A stretch of DNA of 64,000 bases, taken from the NCBI GenBank assembly GCA_963816185.1, contig CAWFJJ010000029.1, positions 1 through 64,000 of the forward strand, given 5' to 3'. Below, piece by piece: positions 17,610-27,572 of this stretch. How positions within the stretch are numbered: the stretch's first letter is position 1; each line of letters begins with the position of its first letter. The notes beneath the pieces are model-generated. The model was not told where the DNA came from, made no database searches, and was given only the letters and a program-made list of their open reading frames with translations. The DNA comes from Thermoanaerobaculia bacterium. GTDB taxonomy: Bacteria > Acidobacteriota > Thermoanaerobaculia > UBA5066. Both the position numbers and the translations under genes were made by a program.

Positions 17610-18503
17610 TCAGCGCGCCGCGGCGCGCAGGTTCTTCTTCACGACGCGCTCGCTCTTCTTCTTCGCCGAATCGAGCGTGTAGTCGAGCGTGGCGTCGAGC
17701 GTCATCCAGCAGGATACCGGGCGGCCGCCTGAGAGCGCCGGCGTGAAGCGCCACTTCGACGCGAGCTGCTTCAGCCAGGTCCCGAGGAGCGGCTCGGTTT
17801 CGCCCGTGGGCAGGAACCGCGCGACCGCGCCCTGCTCCGAGACCTCGACGAGCGCCGTCGTGCGGGCTCTCACGCGCGCCGCTTCGAATTTCCACGGCGT
17901 TTTTTCGGGCGACGGGAGGACGTCCACATCCTCGATCGAGACGGCGGCCGGGTCCTTCGGCTCGATGTCGTGCGGGTATCGCGCCATCCACGCATCGCCC
18001 GAGGTGTCGCGGATCGTGGGAACGAGCGGATCGTCCTTGCGCAGCGCCTCGAGCGTGAAGGCGGCGAAGATCCCCTTCTCGAGCGAGATCGCGAGGTCGA
18101 TGGAGTACGTCGCCCAGGTCGCAACGGGCTGACCGCCTTTCTTCGCGGGGGTGAATCGCCAGCGGGGGACGAGCCCCGCGAGCGGCGAGGCGAGGCCCTT
18201 GAGCGGCGGCTCGATCGGGACGGCCTCGGCCACACGTCCGGTCTCGAGGAGGTGGACCGCGAGGACGAGCGGCTGGCGCGCGTCCAGATCCGGCAGATTC
18301 GTCCTTTCGGCGAGCTTCGGCGCCTCGTCGAGCGCCCGGAAGAGCGGGTGAACGTACGCGACTTCCGCGAGGGTGACGCGCACGGGATCGGATAACGCCT
18401 CGACGGGCCTGGGTGCAGGCGACGGTGCTGGCGATGGCGCCTGCGCGCGGGCGAGGCCCGCGCTCGCGAGGATTGTGGCGGCGACGAGGAAAGCGGGGCG
18501 CAT
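17610..18503 (-). CDS. Exported protein with two TonB C-terminal-like domains
   Basis: Signal peptide, Pro-rich linker, repeats WRFTPAKKGGQPV and WRFTPALSGGRPV. Confidence 0.65.
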   Translation of the reverse strand: MRPAFLVAATILASAGLARAQAPSPAPSPAPRPVEALSDPVRVTLAEVAYVHPLFRALDEAPKLAERTNLPDLDARQPLVLAVHLLETGRVAEAVPIEPPLKGLASPLAGLVPRWRFTPAKKGGQPVATWATYSIDLAISLEKGIFAAFTLEALRKDDPLVPTIRDTSGDAWMARYPHDIEPKDPAAVSIEDVDVLPSPEKTPWKFEAARVRARTTALVEVSEQGAVARFLPTGETEPLLGTWLKQLASKWRFTPALSGGRPVSCWMTLDATLDYTLDSAKKKSERVVKKNLRAAAR

Positions 18504-18541
18504 CCGGACGATTCTAGCGGCACGCACGGCCGTGGAGCCCG

Positions 18542-21280
18542 TTACTTCGCCTCCGCCCAGTTCCGGCCGGTGCCGACGGCCACCGTGAGCGGCACCTTCA
18601 GCTTCGCCGCGCCTTCCATCGTGGCCTTCGCGAGCGCCGCCGTCCCCGGGGCGAGAGCCTCCGGACACTCCAGGACGAGCTCATCGTGCACCTGCAGGAG
18701 CAGGCGCGCCTCGGGAATCCCGCGCTGAAGCGCGGCGCTCAGGTTGATCATGGCCTTCTTGATGAGATCGGCGGCCGAGCCCTGGAACGGCGCGTTCATC
18801 GCCATCCGCTCCGCGTTCGCGCGCACGTTGTGGTTGCGGTCGTGGAGGCCGGGGATGGGCCTCACGCGGCCGAAGATCGTCTCGGTGCCGCCGGTCGCAC
18901 GCGCCTTCTCGAGAATCGCGTCGAGGCACGCCCGAATCCTCGGGAAGCGGTCGAAGTAGGCGGTGATGAACGCCTTCGCCTCGGAGCGCGGAACGCCGAG
19001 CTGCGCGGCCAGCGCGAACGGTCCCATGCCATAGAGGACGCCGAAGTTGATCGTCTTGGCGCCGCGCCTCTGACTCGCCGTGACCTTTTCCGGCGCGATC
19101 GAGAAGATCTTCGCCGCCGTCGCGCGGTGGACGTCCTCCCCGCGCCGGAACGTCTCGAGCAAGGCCTCGTCGCCCGAAAGATGCGCGAGCAGGCGCAGCT
19201 CGACCTGGGAGTAATCGGCGGCGACGAGGACGCATCCCGGAGCCGCGACGAAGGCGCGGCGGATCGCAACGCCCGCCTCCGTGCGGATCGGGATGTTCTG
19301 GAGGTTCGGCGCGTTCGAGGAGAGGCGCCCTGTCGCGGCGACGGCCTGGTCGTACCGTGTGTGGATGCGCCCGTCTTTCGCGATCGAACCGGGAAGCGCG
19401 TCGACGTACGTGCCCTTGAGCTTCGAGATCTCGCGCCATTCGAGGACGAGGCCCGGCACGGGTCCCGGCGAGAGCGCGGCGAGCTCCTCGAGCACGTCGG
19501 AGCCCGTCGCCCACGACTTCGTCTTGGCCGTCTTCTTCACGGCCGGATAGCCGAGCTTCTCGAACAGGATCCGCCCGAGCTGGGGCGGCGACCCGATGTT
19601 GAAGGGCTCTCCCGCGGCATCGTGGATCTTGCGCTCGAGGGCGGCGAGGCGCTCGTCGAATTCCTTCGACAGGGTGGCCAGGACTCCGCGATCCACCGCG
19701 ACGCCCGCGATCTCCATGCGCGCGAGGACCGGGACGAGCGGCAGCTCGATCTCCTCGAGGACCCGCGCAAGAGGCGAGCCCTCGGCGAGGCGCGGAAGGA
19801 GCGCGTCCATGAGCGCGAGCGGCAGGCGCGCACGGGGAGCGAGCCACCGCCGGCCGGCTGCCGACGCGAGAACGTCGAGCGTCACGGGCTCCCCTCCGGC
19901 GAGCTCCTTCAGCGGCGGGACGGCCTCAGGCGGAAGGTTCAGGATGGCGCGGGCGTCGCCGCCGAGGTCGTGCGCGTGGAGACCCGGCGAGACCATGTAG
20001 CTCGCGAGCATGGAGTCGGACGCCCGCGCGGGTGGCGCGATTCCGAGCGCGTCGGCCGCGAGAAAAAGGCGCTTCGTGTCGTGGGCCACGAGGGGGACGC
20101 GCGCGAAGAGCTCCGCGAGCACCTTCGTGCCCGCGCCGTCGAGGGCAAATGCGGCGGTTTCTCCCCCCGGCACCGCCACGACGGCCGCGAGCGGCGGCGC
20201 CGGCCAGGGACAGCCCGGCCCGCACTCCACGTGGACCGCGGCGCGGCCCGCCCGCGCGGCCGATTCGACGAGCGCGGCGAGGCCCGGTGCGGACGACTCC
20301 CAACGCGCCGTCTCGGTTGGTTCCTGTGAAGGAGACGCATCGTCGAAAAGCGAGAGCGTCACCTCCGCCGGCGCCTTCCCAGGCACGGGAGGCCGGGACT
20401 CGAGCAGCTCCTTTTTCAGCTTCGCAAACCCCAGCTCCTCGTAGAACGCGGCGAGGTTCTTGACGGCCTCGTCGCCGAGCGGGCGGATGCGGAAGTGCTC
20501 CAGGAGGTGCCCCGCGGTCACCGGCAAGGGGCGGTCGCATCGGACGGTCGCGAGCGTACGCGAGCGGTACGCGTCCTCCCTTCCCTTCTCGAGGAGCTCT
20601 TTCTTCCTGCCTTTGACTTCGTCGAGCCGCGCGTAGATCGCATCCAGCGAGCCGAACGTCGCGATGAGCTCCTTGGCCGTCTTCTCGCCGACGCCTTTGA
20701 CGCCCGGGATGTTGTCGGAGGAGTCGCCCATGAGCGCGAGGACGTCGATGACCTGCGCGGGCGTCACGCCGAAAAACTCGAGGACGCCTTTCTCGTCGAG
20801 GAGCATCTCCCTCACGGGATGCCAGACGACGACGTCGGGGTCCTTCACGAGCTGAAAGAGATCCTTGTCGGCCGAGGCGATCTCGGCGTGCAGGCCCTCC
20901 CCCTTCGCGACGACGGCGATCGAGCCGATGAGATCGTCCGCCTCGTAGCCCGCCTCTTCGACGACGGCGAGACCGAGCAGGCGGCAGAGTCTTTTCGCGT
21001 CGTCGATCTGCGGCACGAGGTCGTCCGGCATCGCCTGCCGCTGGGCCTTGTAGGCGGCGTCCATCTCCTCTCGAAACGTCTTCTCGTACCGGTCGAACGC
21101 GACCGCGACGGCCGCGGGCTTGCGCGTCGCCTCGTACTTCCGCCACATGTTCAGGAAGCCGTACGTCGCGTTCGTCGGCTTGCCGCCAGGGCCGGTCAAA
21201 CCGCGAATCGCGTAGAAGGCCCGGTAGAGGTAGTTCGAGGCGTCGATCAGGGCGATCGTGGGATTCCCGGACGTAGGCAC
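18542..21280 (-). CDS. polA: DNA polymerase I
   Basis: 5'-3' exonuclease (YRAFYA, EADD, GDSSDNIPGV) and Pol A motifs (DYSQVELR, KTINFGVLYG, QVHDEL); the proofreading domain looks degenerate. Confidence 0.97.
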   Translation of the reverse strand: MPTSGNPTIALIDASNYLYRAFYAIRGLTGPGGKPTNATYGFLNMWRKYEATRKPAAVAVAFDRYEKTFREEMDAAYKAQRQAMPDDLVPQIDDAKRLCRLLGLAVVEEAGYEADDLIGSIAVVAKGEGLHAEIASADKDLFQLVKDPDVVVWHPVREMLLDEKGVLEFFGVTPAQVIDVLALMGDSSDNIPGVKGVGEKTAKELIATFGSLDAIYARLDEVKGRKKELLEKGREDAYRSRTLATVRCDRPLPVTAGHLLEHFRIRPLGDEAVKNLAAFYEELGFAKLKKELLESRPPVPGKAPAEVTLSLFDDASPSQEPTETARWESSAPGLAALVESAARAGRAAVHVECGPGCPWPAPPLAAVVAVPGGETAAFALDGAGTKVLAELFARVPLVAHDTKRLFLAADALGIAPPARASDSMLASYMVSPGLHAHDLGGDARAILNLPPEAVPPLKELAGGEPVTLDVLASAAGRRWLAPRARLPLALMDALLPRLAEGSPLARVLEEIELPLVPVLARMEIAGVAVDRGVLATLSKEFDERLAALERKIHDAAGEPFNIGSPPQLGRILFEKLGYPAVKKTAKTKSWATGSDVLEELAALSPGPVPGLVLEWREISKLKGTYVDALPGSIAKDGRIHTRYDQAVAATGRLSSNAPNLQNIPIRTEAGVAIRRAFVAAPGCVLVAADYSQVELRLLAHLSGDEALLETFRRGEDVHRATAAKIFSIAPEKVTASQRRGAKTINFGVLYGMGPFALAAQLGVPRSEAKAFITAYFDRFPRIRACLDAILEKARATGGTETIFGRVRPIPGLHDRNHNVRANAERMAMNAPFQGSAADLIKKAMINLSAALQRGIPEARLLLQVHDELVLECPEALAPGTAALAKATMEGAAKLKVPLTVAVGTGRNWAEAK

Positions 21281-21304
21281 GGGGCGAGTCTAAGCGCCCG
21301 CGCC

Positions 21305-22870
21305 CTACCTCGCGTCGACGACGACGTCCCGGGGCGCGACGTCGGACAGAGAGAGGCGGATTCCGAGGCGCACCGTGGGCCACACGGGCGGATCGGCCGG
21401 GACCACGAGCGCGATCGGGCCTCTTCGCGGAGACTCGGCGATGTCGCGCGCCGCCGCCTTCTCGCCTTCACCGTCGTACGGATAGCGGTACGTGGCGCGC
21501 GCGTCGAGCCCGCGCTGCCAATCGGCCTCGCGTGGGACGAGCGCCAGGGCGAGGGCCGCGATGACGGCGACGAGAGCCACGCGGCCGACGGGCCTCGGGA
21601 GACGCGCCGCGAAAGCGACGAGGCCCGACGACGACGACGCGAAGAGCGCGGGCACGAGACAACCCAGGAACCGCGCCTCGGCGGGAAACCGGCTCAGCGA
21701 CATGAGGAGCACCGGCCAGGTCGCGAACGCCGCGAGCGTCCGGCGGGCCGCGGAGCCGGGCAGGACGAGCGCGAGCACGAGACCCGCGAGGACGAGGACG
21801 AACGGGAGAGCGGCGAGCGTGTAGTCCTCGCGCAGGAACCCGAGATATGCCGCGAGCTGCGCGAGCGGTCGGAACGGCGCAAGGGTGGGCTGGAAGATCT
21901 GCCGGTACCAGCCGCGCATGTTCGCGGGGTCGAGACACCACGCGCCGACCGGGGCGAGACCCCACAGCGCGAAGTCACGCAGGGCGGCGGGTGCGGTCCG
22001 CCACGCGTCGCCGAAGGCCGGGCGTCGCGCGAAGACGAAGACGAATGAGAGGACGAGCACGCCCCACATAACGTTCGAGACGCTCGGGAGCCGGTGCGCG
22101 AGCGTATCTCCGCCGCGCCCTTCGAGGAAGAGCCAGCCGGCGACGAGAAGCGCGACGAGCCCTGCGAGAACGCCGGCCGCGCGGCCCCTGACAGCCGTCA
22201 GAAGAGCCGCCGAGAGCCGCCGGCGGGTTTCCCGCTCCTCTCCGAACCACGTCGCGACGCCGAGGGTGACGAGGACGAACGTACCGTAGTGGACCTTCAT
22301 GAGAAAGAGAGCGGCTCCGAGCGCGAAGGCGGCGCGCCGGGCGCGGGCGTCGTGCCGCGCCGCGAAAAGCCCGAGTGCCGCGACCGCGAGGAGGCCGCCG
22401 AGGCTCTCGGGCATGATCCACGCGGACGTCTCGAGGAGCATCGGCGAGCGGAGGACGAAGGCGCCGACGATCGCGGCGAGCGTCGCCGTCTCGAGCGACC
22501 CGAGGGCGCCGAGCGCCCGCCGTGCGGCGAAGAACGTCACCGGCGCCGCGAGCAGATACGCGCCGAAGCTCGGGAGGGTCGCAGACGCGAGGGACCGCCC
22601 GAAGAGCGCGAAGGACGGCACGAGGGCGATCCCGAAGCTCGGCCCCCACCAGTGCTGCGCGAGAACGTCGCGCAGCGCGTCGAGCGGGCGAAGGAGTCTG
22701 AGGTCGTCGAAGAGGTCGAGCCCCGACAGCGCGTGGAGGGCGGCGTCCCAGCTCACGGACAGGACCGTCAGCCGCCGGAGGCTCTCGGCGCGAAACGGAG
22801 CCGCCACGGCAGCGGACGCGACGAGAAGGAGGAGCGCAAGTCCCGACGTCCCGAGCCTCTCGCGCCGCAT
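21305..22870 (-). CDS. Polytopic membrane protein, GT-C/ArnT-like
   Basis: Many TM segments; SWDAALH loop after TM1, MPE and MKVH motifs resemble the GT-C fold. Confidence 0.55.
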   Translation of the reverse strand: MRRERLGTSGLALLLLVASAAVAAPFRAESLRRLTVLSVSWDAALHALSGLDLFDDLRLLRPLDALRDVLAQHWWGPSFGIALVPSFALFGRSLASATLPSFGAYLLAAPVTFFAARRALGALGSLETATLAAIVGAFVLRSPMLLETSAWIMPESLGGLLAVAALGLFAARHDARARRAAFALGAALFLMKVHYGTFVLVTLGVATWFGEERETRRRLSAALLTAVRGRAAGVLAGLVALLVAGWLFLEGRGGDTLAHRLPSVSNVMWGVLVLSFVFVFARRPAFGDAWRTAPAALRDFALWGLAPVGAWCLDPANMRGWYRQIFQPTLAPFRPLAQLAAYLGFLREDYTLAALPFVLVLAGLVLALVLPGSAARRTLAAFATWPVLLMSLSRFPAEARFLGCLVPALFASSSSGLVAFAARLPRPVGRVALVAVIAALALALVPREADWQRGLDARATYRYPYDGEGEKAAARDIAESPRRGPIALVVPADPPVWPTVRLGIRLSLSDVAPRDVVVDAR

Positions 22871-22923
22871 GGGGCGAGTCTATCGGCCTCGTCCTCGTAG
22901 AATCGTCGGGGGGACCGCCCGCG

Positions 22924-24033
22924 ATGTCTGCTCGTCCAGCGCCCGCGCCGGCGCTTCCTGCGGCGCCTCCGGTCACGAACGCCCGCCTCGCATCCGCTCT
23001 CCTCGCCCTCGCGGCCGACGAGGAGCCGGCGAGCCGCAGGGCAGGCGAATACCGCGCTGCCGCCAGGACGCTCCGCCAGCTCGGCGCGGACCTCTTCGGC
23101 CGCCGTATCGCCGTCGCGTCCCTGCCGGGCGTCTCGGCGCGCGCCGCCGACGCGATCGCGGCGTTCCTCGCGTGCCGCTCGGACGAGAACGTGGGCGACG
23201 CCCTCGCCGCGATGCTCGACCGGGCCGACCCCGCCGCGCACCGCAAGACCGACTTCCTTTCGCGCGCCGACGTGGACCGGATCCTGTCGGCGGAAGGCGG
23301 TCTCGCCCACGAGGACCTGCGCGGCGACCTCCACCTTCACACCGACCGCTCCGACGGGAGGATGCCGCTCGCCGCGCTCCACCGCGCCCTCGAGGCGCGC
23401 GGCGACACGTACGCCCTTCTCACCGATCATGCGCGGGACTGCGCAGTCGCGGGCGGCCTCTTTCCGGGCGACTTCCGTGCTGAGCGGCGCGAAGTGGACG
23501 CCCTGAACGTTCGCGCCGGGACCTTCACGATGTTCGTCGGAGCCGAGGCGAACATCGCCGAGGACGGCTCGCTCGACGTGACGCCACGGAGCGTCCCGGA
23601 GCTCGACGCGGTCGTCGCGTCCGTCCACACCGACCTCAGGAGCCCGCGCGACCAGACGGCCCGGCTCGTGCGCGCGATCGAGACCCCGGGCGTCGCCGTC
23701 CTCGGCCACCCGAAAGGTCGCCTCTACGACATGCGAAGCGGCGTGCGCGCCGACTGGCCGCGCGTCTTCGCCGCCGCCGCAGCGCGCAGTGTCGCGATCG
23801 AGCTGAACGGCTGCCCCGAACGCCTCGACCTCCCGCCCGCCCTCGCGCGGATCGCCGTCGAGGCCGGCTGCCTCTTCTCGATCTCGAGCGACGCGCACGC
23901 AGCCGCCCATCTTTCGTTCCTCGATTACGGCCTCGCCGTCGCACGCCTTGCTCTCGTCCCGAGGGATCGCGTCGTGAACGTCTGGTCGCGTGACCGCTTC
24001 GCGGATTGGCTCGAGGAGCGGCGCGCAGGCTGA
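22924..24033 (+). CDS. PHP-domain phosphoesterase with PolX N-terminal 8-kDa domain (no polymerase core)
   Basis: TNARLASAL...YRAAARTL...LPGVS, then DLRGDLHLHT, TDH, GAEANI, SVH, LGHP, SSDAH. Confidence 0.8.
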   Translation: MSARPAPAPALPAAPPVTNARLASALLALAADEEPASRRAGEYRAAARTLRQLGADLFGRRIAVASLPGVSARAADAIAAFLACRSDENVGDALAAMLDRADPAAHRKTDFLSRADVDRILSAEGGLAHEDLRGDLHLHTDRSDGRMPLAALHRALEARGDTYALLTDHARDCAVAGGLFPGDFRAERREVDALNVRAGTFTMFVGAEANIAEDGSLDVTPRSVPELDAVVASVHTDLRSPRDQTARLVRAIETPGVAVLGHPKGRLYDMRSGVRADWPRVFAAAAARSVAIELNGCPERLDLPPALARIAVEAGCLFSISSDAHAAAHLSFLDYGLAVARLALVPRDRVVNVWSRDRFADWLEERRAG

Positions 24034-24039
24034 GCCCCA

Positions 24040-25074
24040 TCAGTCGTAATCGATCTGTCCCGGATCGAAGCGGTCCCCGGTGTCCGGCCCGCTCCATTTT
24101 CCGTGGTTCAGGTCGTAGTGCCAGCCGAAGGACGTGTACGGAAAGCGGAAATACGTTCCGATCGCGAGGAGAGCCTTCCCCCACCACTTCTCCTCCGGCA
24201 CGCCCACCGCAAGGAGCGCCTCCCGAAGGTTCACGCCGATCTCGAAGCCGATGTTTCGCTGGCGGAGCGGCTCTTCGGAATACCGGTAGCCCTTCGAGCC
24301 GTACGTCACGGAGACGAGAAAGAACCGCGCCAGCCCCGGCTTTGCGCCGAGGCGCGGCAGGAAGCCCGCGAGCTTGAGGTCCGCCGAGTAGATCTCCTTC
24401 GAGTAGTCGTCGCCGTACCCCCCGTACCGGCAGCACGCGTCGGGAGTCAGGGCCTTCACGTAGCCGAAGCGCAGGCCGACCGTGTCCTTCAGGCCCCACG
24501 CGTCGAGGCCCGTCGCGAGAGCCGCCCCGATCGCGTTTGTGGTGATGTCCTCCCAGGAGAAGCCGTATTGCGAGAAGCCGTCCCCGATCTCGATGAGAGC
24601 GTCCGCTGCCACCATGACGCCGAGGGCGAGGCCGCGTGCCTGGGCCGGGGTCTTGTCGAGCGACCGGTACAGGTGCTGCAGAGTGACGGCCGAGATGTAG
24701 CCGAGGAAGATGTGCGACGCCTTGTCGGCTCCGCCCGCGTAGGTGTCGCGCTGGAACCAGCGCTCGTTCGCGAACGCGAAGGACGACCGGCTCGACGTGC
24801 GCCACCATGCGAAGTACCCCACGATCGGCGCGCCGACGAGGACGCCGGCCGTTGCGAACGCGGTCTTGCGATCGAAAAGGTGCGGCGGCGTGGAAGCGGG
24901 GTGCTCCGCGCGCGCCGCTGCGGGCGCCCGCGGATCTTCGGCGAGATGGAAGGCGTCGGGAGCGGGTTGAAAAGCGTCCGCGGCCCGGTCGAATCCGAGA
25001 ATCGCGGCCGACAGCCGGCCCGAAACGACGAAAAGGAGCACGGCAAGGGTCGCGGCGCGACGCCGCGGCCTCAC
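24040..25074 (-). CDS. DUF2279/YfiM-like protein
   Basis: GGADKASH, IEIGDGFSQYGFSWEDI motifs. Confidence 0.7.
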   Translation of the reverse strand: MRPRRRAATLAVLLFVVSGRLSAAILGFDRAADAFQPAPDAFHLAEDPRAPAAARAEHPASTPPHLFDRKTAFATAGVLVGAPIVGYFAWWRTSSRSSFAFANERWFQRDTYAGGADKASHIFLGYISAVTLQHLYRSLDKTPAQARGLALGVMVAADALIEIGDGFSQYGFSWEDITTNAIGAALATGLDAWGLKDTVGLRFGYVKALTPDACCRYGGYGDDYSKEIYSADLKLAGFLPRLGAKPGLARFFLVSVTYGSKGYRYSEEPLRQRNIGFEIGVNLREALLAVGVPEEKWWGKALLAIGTYFRFPYTSFGWHYDLNHGKWSGPDTGDRFDPGQIDYD

Positions 25075-25709
25075 AGGGTGAGGTGCCGGGCCTTCGCGAG
25101 AGCGTGCGTCTTCTCGAGGGATTCTTCGGCCCTTCTCTCAAGGTCGTCGGCATCCTCGCGGAATCCTCGCGAAAGGTTCGGGTCGTTGACGCCCGGCAGG
25201 TTGATCCGGACGTTCGCGAGGGCGCCGAGCACGGCGCCGTGGAGGAGAAGGGCCGCTACCCACGCGTCGGAGGCGGCGTTCGGGTTGCCTTTCTCGAGCA
25301 CCAAAGGCGCCGACTTCAGGGCTTCGTGGGCGAAGAACGCGGTCTGCATCGGCACGGTCGTCGCGAGGAGGTTCGCCTCGTCGACCGCGCGTGTTCTTCC
25401 GGCTACGGCTTCCGGCGTGTCCTTTGGAAGCCGCCGCGCGGCCACCACGGCGTCGAAGGCTTTCGTGTCCTCGTCCACGAGCTCGAGGAGGCGGACGCGC
25501 GCTCCTTCGAGCCGAGAGGCGAGCGGCTCGAGGTCCTGCCACGAGGCGCGGTATTTCTCCTTTCCCAGCGTGAGGCGGACGACCATCGCGACAAGGGCGG
25601 CGCCCAAAGCCCCGGTCGCCGCCGAGGCCGAGCCGCCGCCCGGCGCCGGAGAGTCGGACGCGAGGGCGGAGGAGAAATCCGAGACGGGGAGCGCAACGAG
25701 AGCCGTCAT
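25071..25709 (-). CDS. Formiminotetrahydrofolate cyclodeaminase/cyclohydrolase family
   Basis: LASDSPAPGGGSASA, DEDTKAF, GNPNAASD, NVRINL. Confidence 0.9.
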   Translation of the reverse strand: MTALVALPVSDFSSALASDSPAPGGGSASAATGALGAALVAMVVRLTLGKEKYRASWQDLEPLASRLEGARVRLLELVDEDTKAFDAVVAARRLPKDTPEAVAGRTRAVDEANLLATTVPMQTAFFAHEALKSAPLVLEKGNPNAASDAWVAALLLHGAVLGALANVRINLPGVNDPNLSRGFREDADDLERRAEESLEKTHALAKARHLTL

Positions 25710-26998
25710 GGCGCCGGCGAGCCTAGCAGGTCGCCCCGGGAGATCACGTGCTCTCCCCCGGCGAGGACGTCCGATACGAGGTTGACGCCCCAGTGATAGA
25801 CGAGATGCTCGAGGGAGGGAGCGTCGAGGAGGACGACGTCGGCACGCTTGCCCGGCTCGAGCGAGCCTCGCGCCTTCGCCTCGTCGACCGACGCGGCGGC
25901 GTTCAGCGTCATCGCCGTGAGCGTTTCCTCCGCCGTGAGGCCCATGCCCACGGACGCGAGGAATGCGACGGCCGGGAGCGACTCGGTGAACGAAGACCCC
26001 GGATTGCAGTCCGTTCCGAGCGCGATGGCGACGCCGCGCTCGATCATCCGGCGCGCCCGCGCATAACGGTTCATCCGCAAGAAGACGCTCGTGCCCGGCA
26101 GCAGTGTCGCGACGACTCCGGCGCGAGCCATCGCCTCGATGCCCTCGTCCGTCGCGTAGAGGAGATGGTCTGCCGAGAGGGCGCCGACTTCGGCCGCGAG
26201 GGTGGCGCCGCCGAGGGGCGTCAGCTCGTCCGCATGGACGCGGGGGCGGAGGCCGACGGCCTTCCCGGCTTCGAGAACCGCGCGCGACTCCTCGACGGAA
26301 AAGACGCCCTCCTCGCAGAAGACGTCGACGAAGCGCGCTCCCCCTTCCGCGAGAGCAGGCAGGATCTCGGCGCGACACTCCTCGACATAGCGGCGTTTGA
26401 GAGCGTCCGATCCGCGGCGCTCCGGCGGCACCTCGTGCGCGGGCAGGGCCGTGGGCGCGACGCCGACGGGGTGGTCCCTCGCAGCCGATAAAAGCGCGCG
26501 CAGCTGCTTTTTCTCGTTCGGAAGGTCCAGGCCATACCCCGTCTTGGCCTCGCAGAACGTCGTCCCGTGCCGCAGCATGAGGTCGAGCCGCGTCCGCACG
26601 TTTCGGCGGAGCGTCTCCTCGGAGGCGGCGCGCGTCGCCGAGACGGTCGCGAGGATGCCGCCCCCCGCTGTCGCGATCGCCGCGTACGTCTCCCCCTTCA
26701 GCCGGCGATTGAACTCGTCCTCGCGGAATCCGTCCCACGGCAGGTGCGTGTGCGCGTCGACGAAGCCGGGTACGGCAGTCCTGCCGCTGCCGTCGAGGAT
26801 CGTCTCTCCCGGCGCGGGGGCGTCCCCGAATCGGCGGACGAAATCCGAATCCGTTCCCGCGAACGCGAGGATGCCGTCCTCGACGAGGAGCGCGGCGTCT
26901 TTCACGCGCCGGATTGCGCCTTGGGCGGCGCCTGCGCGAGCCGAGATCCCTTCCGGCGTCGCCAGCTCGGCGAGATGCCGGACAGACAGCCGTTTCAG
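25706..26998 (-). CDS. hutI: Imidazolonepropionase (probable CTG start)
   Basis: PGFVDAHTH, GGGILATV, KTGYGL, DVFCE, HADEL, SADHL, GTDCNPG. The conserved N-terminus extends upstream to a CTG overlapping the divIVA stop. Confidence 0.93.
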   Translation of the reverse strand: MKRLSVRHLAELATPEGISARAGAAQGAIRRVKDAALLVEDGILAFAGTDSDFVRRFGDAPAPGETILDGSGRTAVPGFVDAHTHLPWDGFREDEFNRRLKGETYAAIATAGGGILATVSATRAASEETLRRNVRTRLDLMLRHGTTFCEAKTGYGLDLPNEKKQLRALLSAARDHPVGVAPTALPAHEVPPERRGSDALKRRYVEECRAEILPALAEGGARFVDVFCEEGVFSVEESRAVLEAGKAVGLRPRVHADELTPLGGATLAAEVGALSADHLLYATDEGIEAMARAGVVATLLPGTSVFLRMNRYARARRMIERGVAIALGTDCNPGSSFTESLPAVAFLASVGMGLTAEETLTAMTLNAAASVDEAKARGSLEPGKRADVVLLDAPSLEHLVYHWGVNLVSDVLAGGEHVISRGDLLGSPAP

Positions 26999-27510
26999 GC
27001 CGTCTCTCCCTCGCGCTTCTTCGGGCGATGGATGGAGACGGAGCCTTCGAGCTCGTCCTCTTCCTTGTCGAAGTTCAGGACCTGCTGGAACAGTTCGATC
27101 GTGCTCTGGAGCTTCAGCTGGAAGTTGCGCCGTTCCATGCGCAGCTCGCGGATCTTCTTCTCCGTCTCGGCCATCCGCGCGAACGACTGCTGCACCATCC
27201 GATCGGCTTTCTCCTCGGCTTCGCCCACGATGCGGCCGGCATCCTTCTCGCTCGCCGCGCGCAGGCTGTCGGCCGAGCGCTGGGCCAGAAGGAGCGTCTC
27301 CTTCAACGTGGCTTCCGTGTCGCGGTGCCGGGTGTTCTCTTCCCTGAGCCGCGCGTTCTCGCGCTCGAGCTCGTCCAGCTCGCGCGCCATCTCCTCGAGG
27401 TCCTCGGCGAGAGACTCGAGAAACTGCGTCACCTCGACCGGGTCGAAGCCGCGAAAACGCTTCGAGAAGAGCCGTTTCCGGATCTCGAGAGAGCTGATTG
27501 TGGGTCTCAT
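26995..27510 (-). CDS. DivIVA domain-containing protein
   Basis: EIRKRLFSKRFRGFDPVEVTQFL followed by coiled coil. Confidence 0.9.
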   Translation of the reverse strand: MRPTISSLEIRKRLFSKRFRGFDPVEVTQFLESLAEDLEEMARELDELERENARLREENTRHRDTEATLKETLLLAQRSADSLRAASEKDAGRIVGEAEEKADRMVQQSFARMAETEKKIRELRMERRNFQLKLQSTIELFQQVLNFDKEEDELEGSVSIHRPKKREGETA

Positions 27511-27572
27511 GCGGACATTATAACCCCTTTGCTTCCAAAGAGGTGCGGAGATCGTCTCCGCCTACAAGGCAG

